Source of the DNA: an uncultured Anaerolineaceae bacterium
GTDB lineage: Bacteria; Chloroflexota; Limnocylindria; Limnocylindrales; CSP1-4
Reading direction: 5' to 3'
Length of the DNA stretch: 64,000 nt
NCBI GenBank assembly: GCA_964483405.1
Contig: CAZABC010000004.1
Location: 1,329 to 65,328 of the forward strand
Positions 28,601 to 37,016 of the stretch are shown here, piece after piece. A model generated the notes under the pieces. The model was not told the DNA's origin, did not search any database, and saw only the letters and a list, made by a program, of their open reading frames with translations. A program made the position numbers and the translations under genes. Each line of letters starts with the position of its first letter. The first letter of the stretch is position 1.

Positions 28601-29398
28601 TCAGGCGGCGACGGGCGCGGCCGGCGGGGGTGCCGCCCGGCGCGGCCGGGCGCGACGGCGGACGGCCGCGGCGATGGCGACGACGAGCATCGTGGCGGCC
28701 CCGGCGGCCGCCACGAAGGCGACGGGCACCACGTCGACCTCCCTGACGGCGATGCCGGCGTAGGCCCAGACGATGACCAGGCCGTAGGCGGCGTCGCGGG
28801 TCAGCCAGGCGGCCATCCCGGCGATCGCCAGCCCGACGAGGAGGACGGCGGCGGCCCAGGGCTCGGGCGCGATCCCGAGCCCGGTGAAGCCGGCCCACGC
28901 CAGGACGGCCGCGACGTTCGTGATCGTGGCGACGGTGATCCAGCCGGTGTAGACGCTGAACGGGATCCGAACGGCCCACCGGGCGACGCCGGCCTCCGCC
29001 TCCCCACCGGCGCGGATGCGCCCGCCGATCGCGAGGAGCGTGACGAGCAGGCCGACCATCACGACGAGCGTCGCCGCGAGGATCTCCCAGTGCCAGAGGA
29101 CGATCCAGCCGGCGTTGAGGACGGCGACCATCGCCGGCAGGTAGCCGAGGCGCCGCAGCAGCGGGTCGTCGCGGCGCGACGGGAGGGCCTGGAAGGCCGT
29201 GAACGCGAGCTGGCCGAGATAGATGAGGCCCCAGATCGCGAAGACATAGCCGGCCGGGATGACGAGGACCTCGAATCGGTCGGAGATCTCGCCGGTCCGC
29301 AGGCCGTTGAGCGGCAGGGCGTTGGTCATGCCGTTGACGGCGATCGTGACGATGAACGCCAGGACGGTCACGACCTGGCGGAGGAGGTCTCGGGACAT
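28601..29398 (-). CDS. TspO/MBR-like tryptophan-rich membrane protein.
   Basis: 266 aa from the ATG at 29398 (MSRDLLRQV...). Five TM segments, with PAGYVFAIWGLIY and Trp-rich loops. The rest of the 497-aa ORF is artifact. Confidence 0.6.
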   Translation of the reverse strand: MSRDLLRQVVTVLAFIVTIAVNGMTNALPLNGLRTGEISDRFEVLVIPAGYVFAIWGLIYLGQLAFTAFQALPSRRDDPLLRRLGYLPAMVAVLNAGWIVLWHWEILAATLVVMVGLLVTLLAIGGRIRAGGEAEAGVARWAVRIPFSVYTGWITVATITNVAAVLAWAGFTGLGIAPEPWAAAVLLVGLAIAGMAAWLTRDAAYGLVIVWAYAGIAVREVDVVPVAFVAAAGAATMLVVAIAAAVRRRARPRRAAPPPAAPVAA

Positions 29399-29476
29399 GC
29401 TCGGGCTCCGGCGAGGCTTGGGTTCGCACCGACGATACGCGCGACGCTGCCGCGCGGATGGCGGTACCCTCCGCCG

Positions 29477-30256
29477 ATGACCGATACCCACGAGCTGCCC
29501 GAGCACGTCGCCCGGAACCGCGAGGCCTGGGACCGGTTCGCCGCCGACTACGTCGGCCCCGGCGAGCGGGCGTGGACCGAGGCCGAGCCCTCCTGGGGGA
29601 TCTTCGGCATCCCCGAGGCCGAGGTCGGCTTGCTGCCCGACGTCGACGGCCTCGACGTCATCGAGCTCGGCTGCGGCACGGGCTACGTGTCGGCCTGGCT
29701 CGCCCGGCGCGGGGCCCGGCCGGTCGGCATCGACAACTCGCCGAAGCAGCTCGAGACCGCCGCCCGCCTCCAGCGCGAGCACGGCATCGACTTCCCGCTC
29801 CTCCTCGGCAACGCCGAGCGGGTCCCCTACCCCGACGCCTCGTTCGACCTCGCGATCTCGGAGTACGGCGCGGCCCTGTGGGCCGACCCGCACGCCTGGA
29901 TCCCCGAGGCGGCCAGGCTGCTCCGGCCGGGCGGTCGGCTCGTCTTCCTGACCAACCACGTCCTCGCCTACCTGTGCGTGCCGGACATCGAGACCGACGG
30001 CCCGCCGGACGAGCGGATGAAGCGCCCCTACTTCGGGATGGGCCGGACGGAGTGGCCCGACAGCGAGGGCGAGATCGAGTTCCACCTGACCCATGGCGAC
30101 TGGATCCGGCTCCTCGTGGCCAGCGGCTTCGAGGTCGAGGATCTCGTCGAGCTGCGACCCGGGCCGGAGGCGACGACCACCTACCAGTGGATGTCGCTCG
30201 ACTGGGCCCGCCGCTGGCCGTGCGAGGAGGCCTGGAAGGCCCGCCGGCGCGGCTAG
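29477..30256 (+). CDS. Class I SAM-dependent methyltransferase.
   Basis: VIELGCGTGYVSAWLA SAM motif. ATG at 29477 inside a long artifact ORF. Confidence 0.8.
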   Translation: MTDTHELPEHVARNREAWDRFAADYVGPGERAWTEAEPSWGIFGIPEAEVGLLPDVDGLDVIELGCGTGYVSAWLARRGARPVGIDNSPKQLETAARLQREHGIDFPLLLGNAERVPYPDASFDLAISEYGAALWADPHAWIPEAARLLRPGGRLVFLTNHVLAYLCVPDIETDGPPDERMKRPYFGMGRTEWPDSEGEIEFHLTHGDWIRLLVASGFEVEDLVELRPGPEATTTYQWMSLDWARRWPCEEAWKARRRG

Positions 30257-30296
30257 CCGGCGCGGTCGCGGTGGTCCGAGGGGTCGGCTGCGGCGG

Positions 30297-32609
30297 CTAC
30301 CATAGGACGTCGAATCGGAGCAGCCGGATGACGTCGGACCGATCGTCGGTCAGCGGGCTCGCCGCCGGCTCGACGACCGACCAGCCGCGCTCGGTGAACC
30401 AGGCCACGTCCTCGGCGTCGGCGGTCGCCACGACCCAGTCTGAGGTCGTGATCCCGCGCTCGGCCTCGGCGTCGGTCGGGTCGTGCAGCCGTTCGAGCGC
30501 CGTCATCCCGAGCGGGGCGACCCCGGCGGCGATGGCCGGGGCGAGGGTGTAGTAGCGGCTCGAGACGTTCACGGCGAGGAGGCCGTCGTCATCGAGGACT
30601 CGGACGGCGTCCGCGAGCGCCTCCGCGGTGATCAGATGGACCGGCACCGCGTCCGAGGCGAAGGCGTCGAGGACGACGAGGTCCGCCGAGCCGGTCGGGG
30701 CCCGCTCGAGCTCGAGCCGCCCGTCGCCGATGACGACCGCGGCCGGCTGCTCCGCGTCGGCGAGGTAGGTGAACAGCGCCGCATCCTCGGCGACCCGTCG
30801 CATGACCTCGTCGATCTCGATGAACGTCATCGAATCGCCGGGGCGCTGGTAGGCCGCGATCGTGCCGGCCCCGAGGCCGGTCACGATCGTCCGGCGGGGC
30901 GCATCGGCAAGCCGCTCGTCGACCCGGACGACGACATCGCCGAGGGGGCCCTCGCGGCTGAAGTAGCCGGCCGGTTCGGCCCGCAGGGCGGGGTCGGCCG
31001 CCTGGAGCGAGTGGACGGTCGTCCCGTGACGGAGGACGGTGAAGTCCGGCGGCTCGGGCTGGAGGGCCTCGACGACGCCGAAGAAGCTCCGGTCGCGGAA
31101 CAGCGTCGGCGGCGGGTTCGCGACGGTGATGACGAGGACCCCGCCGAGGACGACGGTGAAGACCCGGACGTCACCGCCGAAGACGAGGATCGACGCTCCG
31201 ATGATCAGCCACAGGCTCGCGTCGGCGACCGCGACCGAGCGCGACATCGTGAGGAGGACGCCGAGGAGGCCGGCGACCGCGAGGTAGACCGTCAGGCGTC
31301 GGGTCGCCCCGGCGGTCGCCGGGGCGAGGTCGAGGAAGCGCGAGCGCGGCCGCCGGCGCCGGACCGGGGCGGCCGCGGCGGCGGCCAGGGTCGGGGTCAC
31401 GACCATCGCGACGCCGGCCGCGACGAGGAGGATCGGGTACTCCCAGACGGCCGGGAACAGCGACGGGGCGAGGACGCCGACGAACGCCCCGCCGATGACG
31501 CCGCCGAGCGCGACCGCGAGGTAGAAGGCGGTCAGGCGCGACGACGCGGGGCGGTCGTCGGCGAGGCCGCCGTGGAGGACGACGCCGACGATCGCCAGGC
31601 CGCCGTACTGCACCGCCAGGAGCGGCAGGACCGGCCAGTCGAGGGGCGCCGCGTACGGGACGGCGAGCAGGGTCAGCGCGATCGGGACGAGCCAGGCGAG
31701 CCGCCGCGCGATCGCCGGTCCGCGGCCGCCGAAGGCGACGACGAGGGTGACGAGGTAGGTCCCGAGCGGCCCGATCCACAGCAGCGGCGCGGAGATGAGG
31801 TCGGTCGCGATGAAGTTGGTGACGGCCGAGAGGAGGCCCGCGGGCACCGCCGCAAGGAGCAGCCAGCGGGCGACCCGGGCCGGGGCGAGTCGCTCCGCGG
31901 CCACGATGCCGGCACCCGTGCCCGGGCCCGCGGTCGGTCCTTCCGGCGCCGGGCGGACGGTCCGGGTCGCGACGACGACCCAGCCGATCAGCCCGGCGAG
32001 GACGACCAGCCCGCCGCCGAACAGCAGCCGCTGGAGACCGATCCCGGCGAGCGGCTCGACGACGAACGGGTAGGCGACGACCGCGACGAGGGAGCCCGCG
32101 TTGGAGACGGCGTAGAGGCGGTACGGGTCGCGACGGATGGCGTCCGCACCGCCGGGCTCGGCATCGGCGGCCGCGGGAGGCTCGCCGGCCGCCGTTCGCG
32201 ACGCCGGCAGCCAGCTCGAGAGGAGCGGCGTGGTCGCCGCGAGCGCGACCGCCACCGGCCCGACGGTCAGCGCGAGGACCCGCAACAGGTCGAGGACCGG
32301 CGGCAGCGACTCGACCCGCACATCGACGAACCGGTCGGGGGCGAGGACGAAGACGACGATCGCCCCGCCGAGCACGACGAGGTGGAGGAGGCCGCCGCGG
32401 CGGGGCCCGAGCCGGGTCGCCGAGACGTGGGCGTAGGCGTAGCCGGCAAGGAGCGCCGCCTGGAACGCGACGAGGACGGTCGCCCAGGCGGCCGGTGCGC
32501 CGCCGTAGGCCGGCAGGACGAGCCGGCCGACGAGCGGCTGGACCGCGAAGAGGAGGAACGCCGAGAGGGCGATCGCGGCGGCGGCGGGGACGATCGCGCG
32601 GGTCGGCAC
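30297..32609 (-). CDS. Fused multi-TM domain plus spermidine-synthase-like (polyamine aminopropyltransferase fold) protein.
   Basis: 770 aa. About 14 N-terminal TM segments, then a soluble C-terminal domain (TIVTGLGAGTIAAYQRPGDSMTFIEIDEVM...VVLDAFASD) of spermidine synthase/MTase fold. Confidence 0.75.
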   Translation of the reverse strand: MPTRAIVPAAAAIALSAFLLFAVQPLVGRLVLPAYGGAPAAWATVLVAFQAALLAGYAYAHVSATRLGPRRGGLLHLVVLGGAIVVFVLAPDRFVDVRVESLPPVLDLLRVLALTVGPVAVALAATTPLLSSWLPASRTAAGEPPAAADAEPGGADAIRRDPYRLYAVSNAGSLVAVVAYPFVVEPLAGIGLQRLLFGGGLVVLAGLIGWVVVATRTVRPAPEGPTAGPGTGAGIVAAERLAPARVARWLLLAAVPAGLLSAVTNFIATDLISAPLLWIGPLGTYLVTLVVAFGGRGPAIARRLAWLVPIALTLLAVPYAAPLDWPVLPLLAVQYGGLAIVGVVLHGGLADDRPASSRLTAFYLAVALGGVIGGAFVGVLAPSLFPAVWEYPILLVAAGVAMVVTPTLAAAAAAPVRRRRPRSRFLDLAPATAGATRRLTVYLAVAGLLGVLLTMSRSVAVADASLWLIIGASILVFGGDVRVFTVVLGGVLVITVANPPPTLFRDRSFFGVVEALQPEPPDFTVLRHGTTVHSLQAADPALRAEPAGYFSREGPLGDVVVRVDERLADAPRRTIVTGLGAGTIAAYQRPGDSMTFIEIDEVMRRVAEDAALFTYLADAEQPAAVVIGDGRLELERAPTGSADLVVLDAFASDAVPVHLITAEALADAVRVLDDDGLLAVNVSSRYYTLAPAIAAGVAPLGMTALERLHDPTDAEAERGITTSDWVVATADAEDVAWFTERGWSVVEPAASPLTDDRSDVIRLLRFDVLW

Positions 32610-32803
32610 GGCGGCATCGTGCCACGCCGCCGGTCGACGCGCCGACGGCGGCTCGGCCCGGGTCGGACGGCGGGCCGTCGGTCGCCCCGGCCCGCGGCGA
32701 ACGGGACCTTCGGACCGTGGACCGGCGGCCGCGCGTCCACGACCCTTGTGGCGAGCGACGCCCCGCGTCCCCGCGTGGCTCGACCGACGGAAGGGATCTG
32801 ATC

Positions 32804-33295
32804 GTGTCCATCGTCCGGCGCCTCGGCCGGCTCCATCCGGCCATCATCCTGATGGCGCTCGACACCTTCGGGCTCGTCGTCGCCTCGTACCTCTCGGTCG
32901 TCGAGCTCCAGGGCGAGCTGCCGTACTGCGGGCCGCTGTCGGGCTGCGAGACGGTCGCCCTCTCCGAGTACGCCCGGATCGGCGGGCCCGACGGCATCCC
33001 GGTCGCCGTCTTCGGTGTCGGGCTGTCGGTCGCGCTCCTCGCGCTCGCCTTCGCCTGGTGGCGGACGAACGCGACCTGGGCGCTCGCGGGCCACTACGGC
33101 CTGTCGCTCGTCGGCGTGCTCTTCGAGGTCTACTTCACCTTCGTCGAGCTGTTCATCATCGGCGCGGTCTGCATCTGGTGCGCGCTCTACGGGATCAGCC
33201 TGGTGCTGCGCTTCCTCATCGCCCTCGCGATCTGGATCCGGCGCCCGCGGACCGTCGCCGGCGAGATCTTCCAGCCGGAGGGACCCTCGGCCTGA
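32804..33295 (+). CDS. Vitamin K epoxide reductase (VKOR) family protein.
   Basis: Loop cysteines CGPLSGC and the CXXC active site CIWC in a TM helix. GTG start at 32804, preceded by GGAAGGGA. Confidence 0.7.
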   Translation: MSIVRRLGRLHPAIILMALDTFGLVVASYLSVVELQGELPYCGPLSGCETVALSEYARIGGPDGIPVAVFGVGLSVALLALAFAWWRTNATWALAGHYGLSLVGVLFEVYFTFVELFIIGAVCIWCALYGISLVLRFLIALAIWIRRPRTVAGEIFQPEGPSA

Positions 33296-33313
33296 CCCGG
33301 CGCAGCCCCGCCG

Positions 33314-33850
33314 CTACGTCACGGTCGCGGGGTCGGCCGCCAGCGGCTCGCCCGGCGCGACGAGCGCCTCGCCGATCCCGCCCGCCCAGGACCGGACCCC
33401 CTCGAGGTCGCGATAGTCGCCGGCCGCCCCCGCGCGGACCATCAGCCGCTCGACGAACCCACGGGCGTCGGGCGCGAGGGCGCCACCGAACCAGGCGTGA
33501 CCCCGAGCGTCGACCCGCCCGGCCACGTCGCGGACGTGCTTGATGGGGTCGAGCGCCTGGGTCTCGGCCGAGTGGTCGAGCGGTCCGCTCGAGAACAGCC
33601 AGACGGCCCGCTCGAGGAGCGCGCCGCGGTGGCGCTCGACGAAGGCCAGCGCTTCCGGGCGCCAGCGCATCGCGTAGACGGCGCTCCCGATCACGACCGC
33701 GTCGTACGGGTCGACCGATCGGACCTCGGCGACCGGCAGGAGGTCGACCGCGCAACCGGCTCGTCGAAGCCCGTCGGCGGCCGTGGCGGCGATCTCCGCG
33801 GTCGAGCCGTGCTTCGAGGCGTACGCGATCAGGACGCGGGGGCTGGGCAT
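33314..33850 (-). CDS. Flavodoxin-domain protein (HemG/NAD(P)H-quinone-oxidoreductase-like).
   Basis: From the internal ATG (MPSPRVLIAYASKHGSTAEIA...). Frame bookkeeping puts this ATG at 33850, but direct sequence reading placed it at 33851, so the start is uncertain by 1 nt. Flavodoxin-like fold signature. Confidence 0.7.
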   Translation of the reverse strand: MPSPRVLIAYASKHGSTAEIAATAADGLRRAGCAVDLLPVAEVRSVDPYDAVVIGSAVYAMRWRPEALAFVERHRGALLERAVWLFSSGPLDHSAETQALDPIKHVRDVAGRVDARGHAWFGGALAPDARGFVERLMVRAGAAGDYRDLEGVRSWAGGIGEALVAPGEPLAADPATVT

Positions 33851-34020
33851 GGGCTGGCTCCTCGCTCGCCGGGCGGGATGGGCCGCGACCGACAGACCCG
33901 ATCGTGCCGGCCGCTCGGCGCGTCGGATAGGGTCGGGAGGCCCCGCGTCCGCGGTCCGAAGGGTCCGGGTCGCCCGGACCACGGCGGCCGCGGTCAGACG
34001 GCCGCCGGCCGCAGCCGCTG

Positions 34021-34716
34021 TCAGGCGGCCCGGGGAAGCGCCGGCGACGGCAGGCGACCGACCGCCGCCTCGTCGAGCTCGGGGTAGGTCGGGGTCTCGA
34101 GGATCCCGAAGGCGGCGACCGGCCAGTAGCGGAGCCAGGCCCGGCCGATGACCGACGACGTCGGCACCGGGCCGAACGTCCGCGAATCGGCCGACGCTCC
34201 CCGATGGTCGCCCATGACGAAGATCTCGTCGGGCGGGATCGTCCAGCGGCTCTGGCCGCCCGTCGGCTCGGTCGGCTGGCTGGAGCCGTCCGCCTCCTGG
34301 TAGACGTAGGGCTCCTCGATGGCGACGTCGTTCACGAAGACCCGGCCGTCGCGGAGCTCGATCGTGTCGCCGGCGACGCCGATGACCCGCTTGATGAACG
34401 GGGTCCGGTCGCCATCGCTCGCCCAGGCGGACGGGGGCTCGAAGACGATGATGTCGCCCCGGTCGTAGGCGTCCCAGCGCGGGGTGAGCTTGTCGACGAG
34501 GACGTACTCACCGGGCAGCAGCGTCTGCTCCATCGACTGCTGGCGGACCTGGTACGGCTGGGCGATGAACGTCTGGATGACGAAGAAGATGACGATCGTC
34601 AGGACGAGCGTCTCGACGACCTCGAAGACGCACCCGAGCGCCTTGCGGGTCGGCGACGGCTCGGCCGGGGCGGGCGCGACCGGCGGCTGGGCCGGCTCGG
34701 GGAACGGGGAGGTCAC
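34021..34716 (-). CDS. lepB: Signal peptidase I.
   Basis: Catalytic Ser region in GEYVLVDKLTPRW, plus IKRVIGVAGDTIELRDGRVFVND and MGDHRGASADSRTFG boxes. Confidence 0.85.
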   Translation of the reverse strand: MTSPFPEPAQPPVAPAPAEPSPTRKALGCVFEVVETLVLTIVIFFVIQTFIAQPYQVRQQSMEQTLLPGEYVLVDKLTPRWDAYDRGDIIVFEPPSAWASDGDRTPFIKRVIGVAGDTIELRDGRVFVNDVAIEEPYVYQEADGSSQPTEPTGGQSRWTIPPDEIFVMGDHRGASADSRTFGPVPTSSVIGRAWLRYWPVAAFGILETPTYPELDEAAVGRLPSPALPRAA

Positions 34717-34773
34717 GGGAGCGGAGTATAGGGGCCGGGTCGGAACGCCGCCGGTCCCGCGAGACCGGGTCGG

Positions 34774-35713
34774 TCAGCCGCGGGTGGCGCGCGGGTCGTG
34801 CGGCCCGCCATCGGGCAGGGTGACCGGCCGATGGACGACCGGCTCGAGCGGCAGCGTCTCGACCCACGCCGCGACCTCCGCACAGGTCGTGACCCACATC
34901 CCGTCGATCGACCTCGCCCGCGCGATGAGCTGCTCGAGCGCGACGGCCCGCGACGCCCGGCCCGAGACGAACGGGTGCATCGTGAGGTCGAACAGCCCGC
35001 CCTCGGCCGCGAGGGCCTCGAGCTCGAGGGTCCAGCGCTCGAGCACGGCGCTCGGGCTGTGGATGACGCCGGAGCCGGTCAGGCCCGGGTAGTGGTTGTA
35101 GGCGCCCCAGTCGTCGAGGCTCCAGTGGGTCGGGATCTCGACGATCGTCGGGCCAGCCGGGTCGCCGGTCGCCGCGAGCCGGTACGGCCAGTCGCTGTCC
35201 ATGAGCCCCGCGTCGTACCGGAAGCCGTGGCGGGCGAGGAGCGACGGCAGTCGCCAGGTCATCTCCCATGACGGGGCCCGGTAGCCGACCGGGCGGACGC
35301 CGAGGACCGTGTCGAGCGCCTCCAGGCCCCGGAGGAGCCGCGCCTCCTCGGTCGCCTCGTCCGCCCCGCGCGAACCCTCGTGGAGGTAGCCGTGGTGGGC
35401 GATCTCGTGGCCGGCGTCGCGGATCGACCGAGCCACGGCGGGCCAGTGCTCGGCGGTGTAGCCGGGGATGAAGAACGTCGCCCGGATCGCCTGGCGGTCG
35501 AGGAGCCGGAGGAGCCGCGGGACGGCCGTCCGGGGTCCGTACGCCTGGTGGGCCATCACGTCGAGGTGGGCCGCCGTCTCCGGGTGATCCCACAGCATCG
35601 CGCTCTCGGCATCGAGGTCGTAGGTGAACACGGCGGCGGCGCGGATGCCATGCGGCCAGCGGAAGCCGGGCGGCAGCGGTGAGGCGGCGGTGGGATCGAC
35701 GGAAGCGGACATC
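34774..35713 (-). CDS. Polysaccharide deacetylase (NodB-homology) family protein.
   Basis: FTYDLDAESAM and IAHHGYLHE motifs. Start taken at the ATG at 35713 (MSASVDP); upstream in-frame ATGs exist up to 35759. Confidence 0.8.
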
Positions 35714-35766
35714 GGCGGCTCCGGTGGCATCGGCACGCGACGATGGTAGCGGCGTAGCATGCCGGC

Positions 35767-36864
35767 ATGCGTGCCGCCGTCCTCACCGCCCCCGGTCGAC
35801 CCCTCGCCATCGAGGACCTCGAGCTCGACCCGCCGCGAGCAGGCGAGGTCCGCGTCCGGATGACCGCGTCCGGCGTCTGCCACTCCGACCTCCACGTCCG
35901 CGACGGCGACTGGGAGCGCGAGACGCCATGCGTGCTCGGCCACGAGGGGGCCGGGATCGTCGAGGCGGTCGGGCCGGGCGGGCCGGACGACCTCGTCGGG
36001 CGCCTCGTCGCCCTGTCGTGGTACTGGCCATGCCTGACCTGTCGCGCCTGCCAGACCGGCCGCCAGTGGCTGTGCGCCGGCTCCAGCTCGGTCCGCCATC
36101 GCCAGGCCGACGGCACGACGCGGCTCCATCGACCCGGCGGCGATGACGTCTTCTCGTATCTCTCCATCGGCACCTTCGCCGAGGCGACGGTGGTCCCGAT
36201 CGGGGCGGCCATCCCGATGCCCGCGGGCACGCCCGACGCGGTCGCCGCGCTGATCGGCTGCTGCGTCTCGACCGGCGTCGGCGCCGTCCTCAAGACCGCC
36301 GAGGTGCCGGCTGGCTCGACGGTCGCCGTGTGGGGCCTCGGCGGCGTCGGGCTGTCGGTCGTGATGGGCGCGGTGCTGGCGGGGGCGGCGAGGATCGTCG
36401 CCGTCGACCGGGTGCCGGCCAAGCTCGAGCTCGCCCGCGCGCTCGGCGCGACCGACGGCGTCCTCGCCGGCGACGACGACGTGGCGACGATCGCGGCGGT
36501 CCGCGAGGCGACCGGCGGCGGTCCCGAGTACGCCTTCGAGGCGATCGGCCGACCGGCGACGATCGAGGCGGCGATCGCCTCCCTGCCGCCCGGCGGCACG
36601 GCCGTCCTCGTCGGGCTCACGGCATTCGGCCGGCGGGCCTCGTTCGACGCCTTCCCGTTCGTCGACGGCAGCCGCCGGATCCTCGGCTCGAACTACGGGT
36701 TCGCGGTCGCGGCCGTCGACTTCCCGCGCTACGCGGAGCTCCACCTCGCGGGTCGGCTGCCGATCGACCGCCTCGTCGACGGACGGATCGGGCTGGACGA
36801 CCTCGAGCCGGCGTTCGACCGGATGCGGCGGGGCGACGGCGTCCGCCTCGTCATCACGCCGTAG
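35767..36864 (+). CDS. Zinc-dependent alcohol dehydrogenase (MDR family).
   Basis: GVCHSDLH, GHEGAG, and the structural-zinc cysteines CLTCRACQTGRQWLC. Confidence 0.9.
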   Translation: MRAAVLTAPGRPLAIEDLELDPPRAGEVRVRMTASGVCHSDLHVRDGDWERETPCVLGHEGAGIVEAVGPGGPDDLVGRLVALSWYWPCLTCRACQTGRQWLCAGSSSVRHRQADGTTRLHRPGGDDVFSYLSIGTFAEATVVPIGAAIPMPAGTPDAVAALIGCCVSTGVGAVLKTAEVPAGSTVAVWGLGGVGLSVVMGAVLAGAARIVAVDRVPAKLELARALGATDGVLAGDDDVATIAAVREATGGGPEYAFEAIGRPATIEAAIASLPPGGTAVLVGLTAFGRRASFDAFPFVDGSRRILGSNYGFAVAAVDFPRYAELHLAGRLPIDRLVDGRIGLDDLEPAFDRMRRGDGVRLVITP

Positions 36865-36970
36865 GCGCCGCCCGGCGGGCCCGGCGACGGTCGGGCCCGG
36901 ACCACCGGGCGGCGCGCGGGCCGACGAAGGTCCCATCGACCCGGGCCGCGGCGGCCCGCTAGGGTGGTCA

Positions 36971-37000
36971 CTGCGCGCAACAAGTGGCAACAACGCGCAG
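36971..37000. promoter_or_regulatory. Hairpin / direct-repeat element CTGCGCG-CAACAA-GTGG-CAACAA-CGCGCAG.
   Basis: 7-bp inverted repeat flanking two CAACAA direct repeats, in an unusually AT-rich stretch. It sits immediately upstream of the GGAG RBS and ATG (37017) of the GGDEF-EAL gene. Confidence 0.3.
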
Positions 37001-37016
37001 TCGGAGCCCCAAGCCG

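Noticed and set aside
26843-30256. 1137-aa ORF
   Set aside because: Only the last 259 codons (the methyltransferase from the ATG at 29477) have protein character. The upstream part is antisense to the sGDH, amidohydrolase and TspO genes.
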